Of a stretch of DNA of 64,000 bases, positions 62,874-64,000 are shown piece by piece; within the stretch, counting starts at the first letter, position 1, and each line of letters opens with the position of its first letter. A program made the translations under genes and the position numbers. Under the pieces are notes generated by a model, which saw only the letters and a list, made by a program, of their open reading frames with translations, made no database searches and was not told the DNA's origin. Source of the DNA: Leucoraja ocellata (taxonomy: Eukaryota); contig JAWMAR010000341.1 in the NCBI GenBank assembly GCA_036785375.1, positions 186,001-250,000 of the forward strand. The letters run 5' to 3'.

Positions 62874-64000
62874 CAGGTGCACAACCTTTTATCCGAAAGC
62901 CTTGGGACCAGACACTTTTCGTAATTCAGAATTTTTCGGCTTTCGGATTGGAAGATTTTTAGCGTAGATTTTAACGGCTGGCTCAGTGGTAGAGTGCTCG
63001 GCTCATATCCGCAAGGTCGCGAGTTTGCGCCTCGATCCCGGCAGTTACTCGATCGCGAGTTTGATGCTTCAATGTAGTTTTTTCTTGCAGAATAGGAGAG
63101 AATAGGGAGGGTTAGGCTGGGATCATTCTCTGCGAGATAATCTTAGTGCGGAAGACAAGTGTAGGAGAGGTGTACTGACTGTGTGGGCAGAACTTTGGAA
63201 GTGATTGCCCACCATTCTCAAAAGCCGCTGTGTCTCCCTGTCCCTCCAACTCCAGAGGAATCCGCTCCCCGATGGGCCGCAACGGCGACAAGTGGCAGTT
63301 CGCCCACAGCCCGAGCTGCGCCACCTCATCCGCAACCCGTGTTCCTCTGGAGTTGGAGCGGGGCTGGGCTAGAGTTGTTGCTGGCTGTGAGTCTCTGGGA
63401 TCTCCGTGCTTGCAGTGGGCCTGGGGGTCGGTGTCCCGATGAGGGGGCGCAGCTCGGGCTGTGGGCGAACTGCCACTTGTCGCTGTAGCGGCCCATCGGG
63501 GAGCGGCTTCTGGTGGCCCTGACGTCTCTCAGCTCCTGTCCAGGGGGATGGCCGGAGACGTCAGGACCAACAGGAACCCGCTCCCCGATGCGCCGCTACA
63601 GCGACAAGTGGCAGTTCGCCCACAGCCCGAGCTGCGCCCCCTCATCCGCAACCCGGGTTCCTCTGGAGTTGGAGCGGGGCTGGGCTAGAGTTGCTGCTGG
63701 CTGTGAGTCTCTGGGATCTCCGTGCTTGCAGTCGGTGTCCCGTTGGTCCTGACGTCTCCGGTCACCCCTCTGGAATGGAGCTGAGACTGGGAACTGTACC
63801 GCCCTTGCCCCCTCCCTCTGCAACTGCAAACAACCCCATTCTCCTGCTCACCTGCAAGGGCGGTACAGTTCCCAGTCTCAGCTCCTGTACAGGGGGGTGG
63901 CCGGAGACGTCACAGCCCGAGCTGCGCCCCCTCATCCGCAACCTCAAGACCAAGACGCACCTTGCACACCATCACCTCCTGTCCCTACGGGGAGCGTGTT
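62874..64000 (+). mobile_element. Probable Tc1/mariner (Tigger-like) non-autonomous element running off the window
   Basis: TA|CAGGTGCACAACC start and an abrupt switch to CpG-rich DNA with internal direct and inverted repeats. The other end is not visible. Confidence 0.5.
62975..63044 (+). pseudogene. Degenerate tRNA-like sequence (CAT anticodon)
   Basis: A-box TGGCTCAGTGG, D arm GCTC/GAGT, CGG-CTCATAT-CCG anticodon arm and CGAG/CTCG T stem. The T loop is non-canonical and the acceptor stem is poor. Confidence 0.55.

Noticed and set aside
62975-63044. Functional tRNA-Met gene
   Set aside because: Broken T loop/B box, short anticodon stem, poor acceptor stem, and it lies within a repeat.
63112-63953. 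Cluster of GC-rich ORFs
   Set aside because: They derive from internal repeats of a mobile element and have no transposase motifs.

Overview
Vertebrate nuclear DNA. The repeat content (V-SINE/HE1-like SINEs, DeuSINE/SacSINE-like relics, CR1, Penelope-derived hairpins, Rex/Babar, RTE, Tx1/L1) points to a cartilaginous fish, probably a skate or ray (inference). Only one host protein gene is supportable: the intronless immediate-early gene IER5L on the minus strand (CDS 4713-5564), with a TATA/AP-1/GC/CCAAT promoter and a probable ~1.6 kb 3'UTR. The ~58 kb upstream of it is a repeat-rich gene desert. It holds LINE fragments, SINEs, non-autonomous DNA transposons with visible TIRs/TSDs, a ~54-copy 17-bp array with a forkhead motif in almost every unit, an orphan CpG-rich promoter-like island and several motif-dense enhancer candidates. 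The most unusual items are minimal hammerhead-ribozyme cores in Penelope-derived palindromic elements, a perfect 174-bp palindrome, and a templated local insertion at the axis of one such palindrome. I see no novel protein-coding system. Repeat family names come from motif recognition and memory of consensus sequences, not database searches, and most repeat boundaries are approximate.
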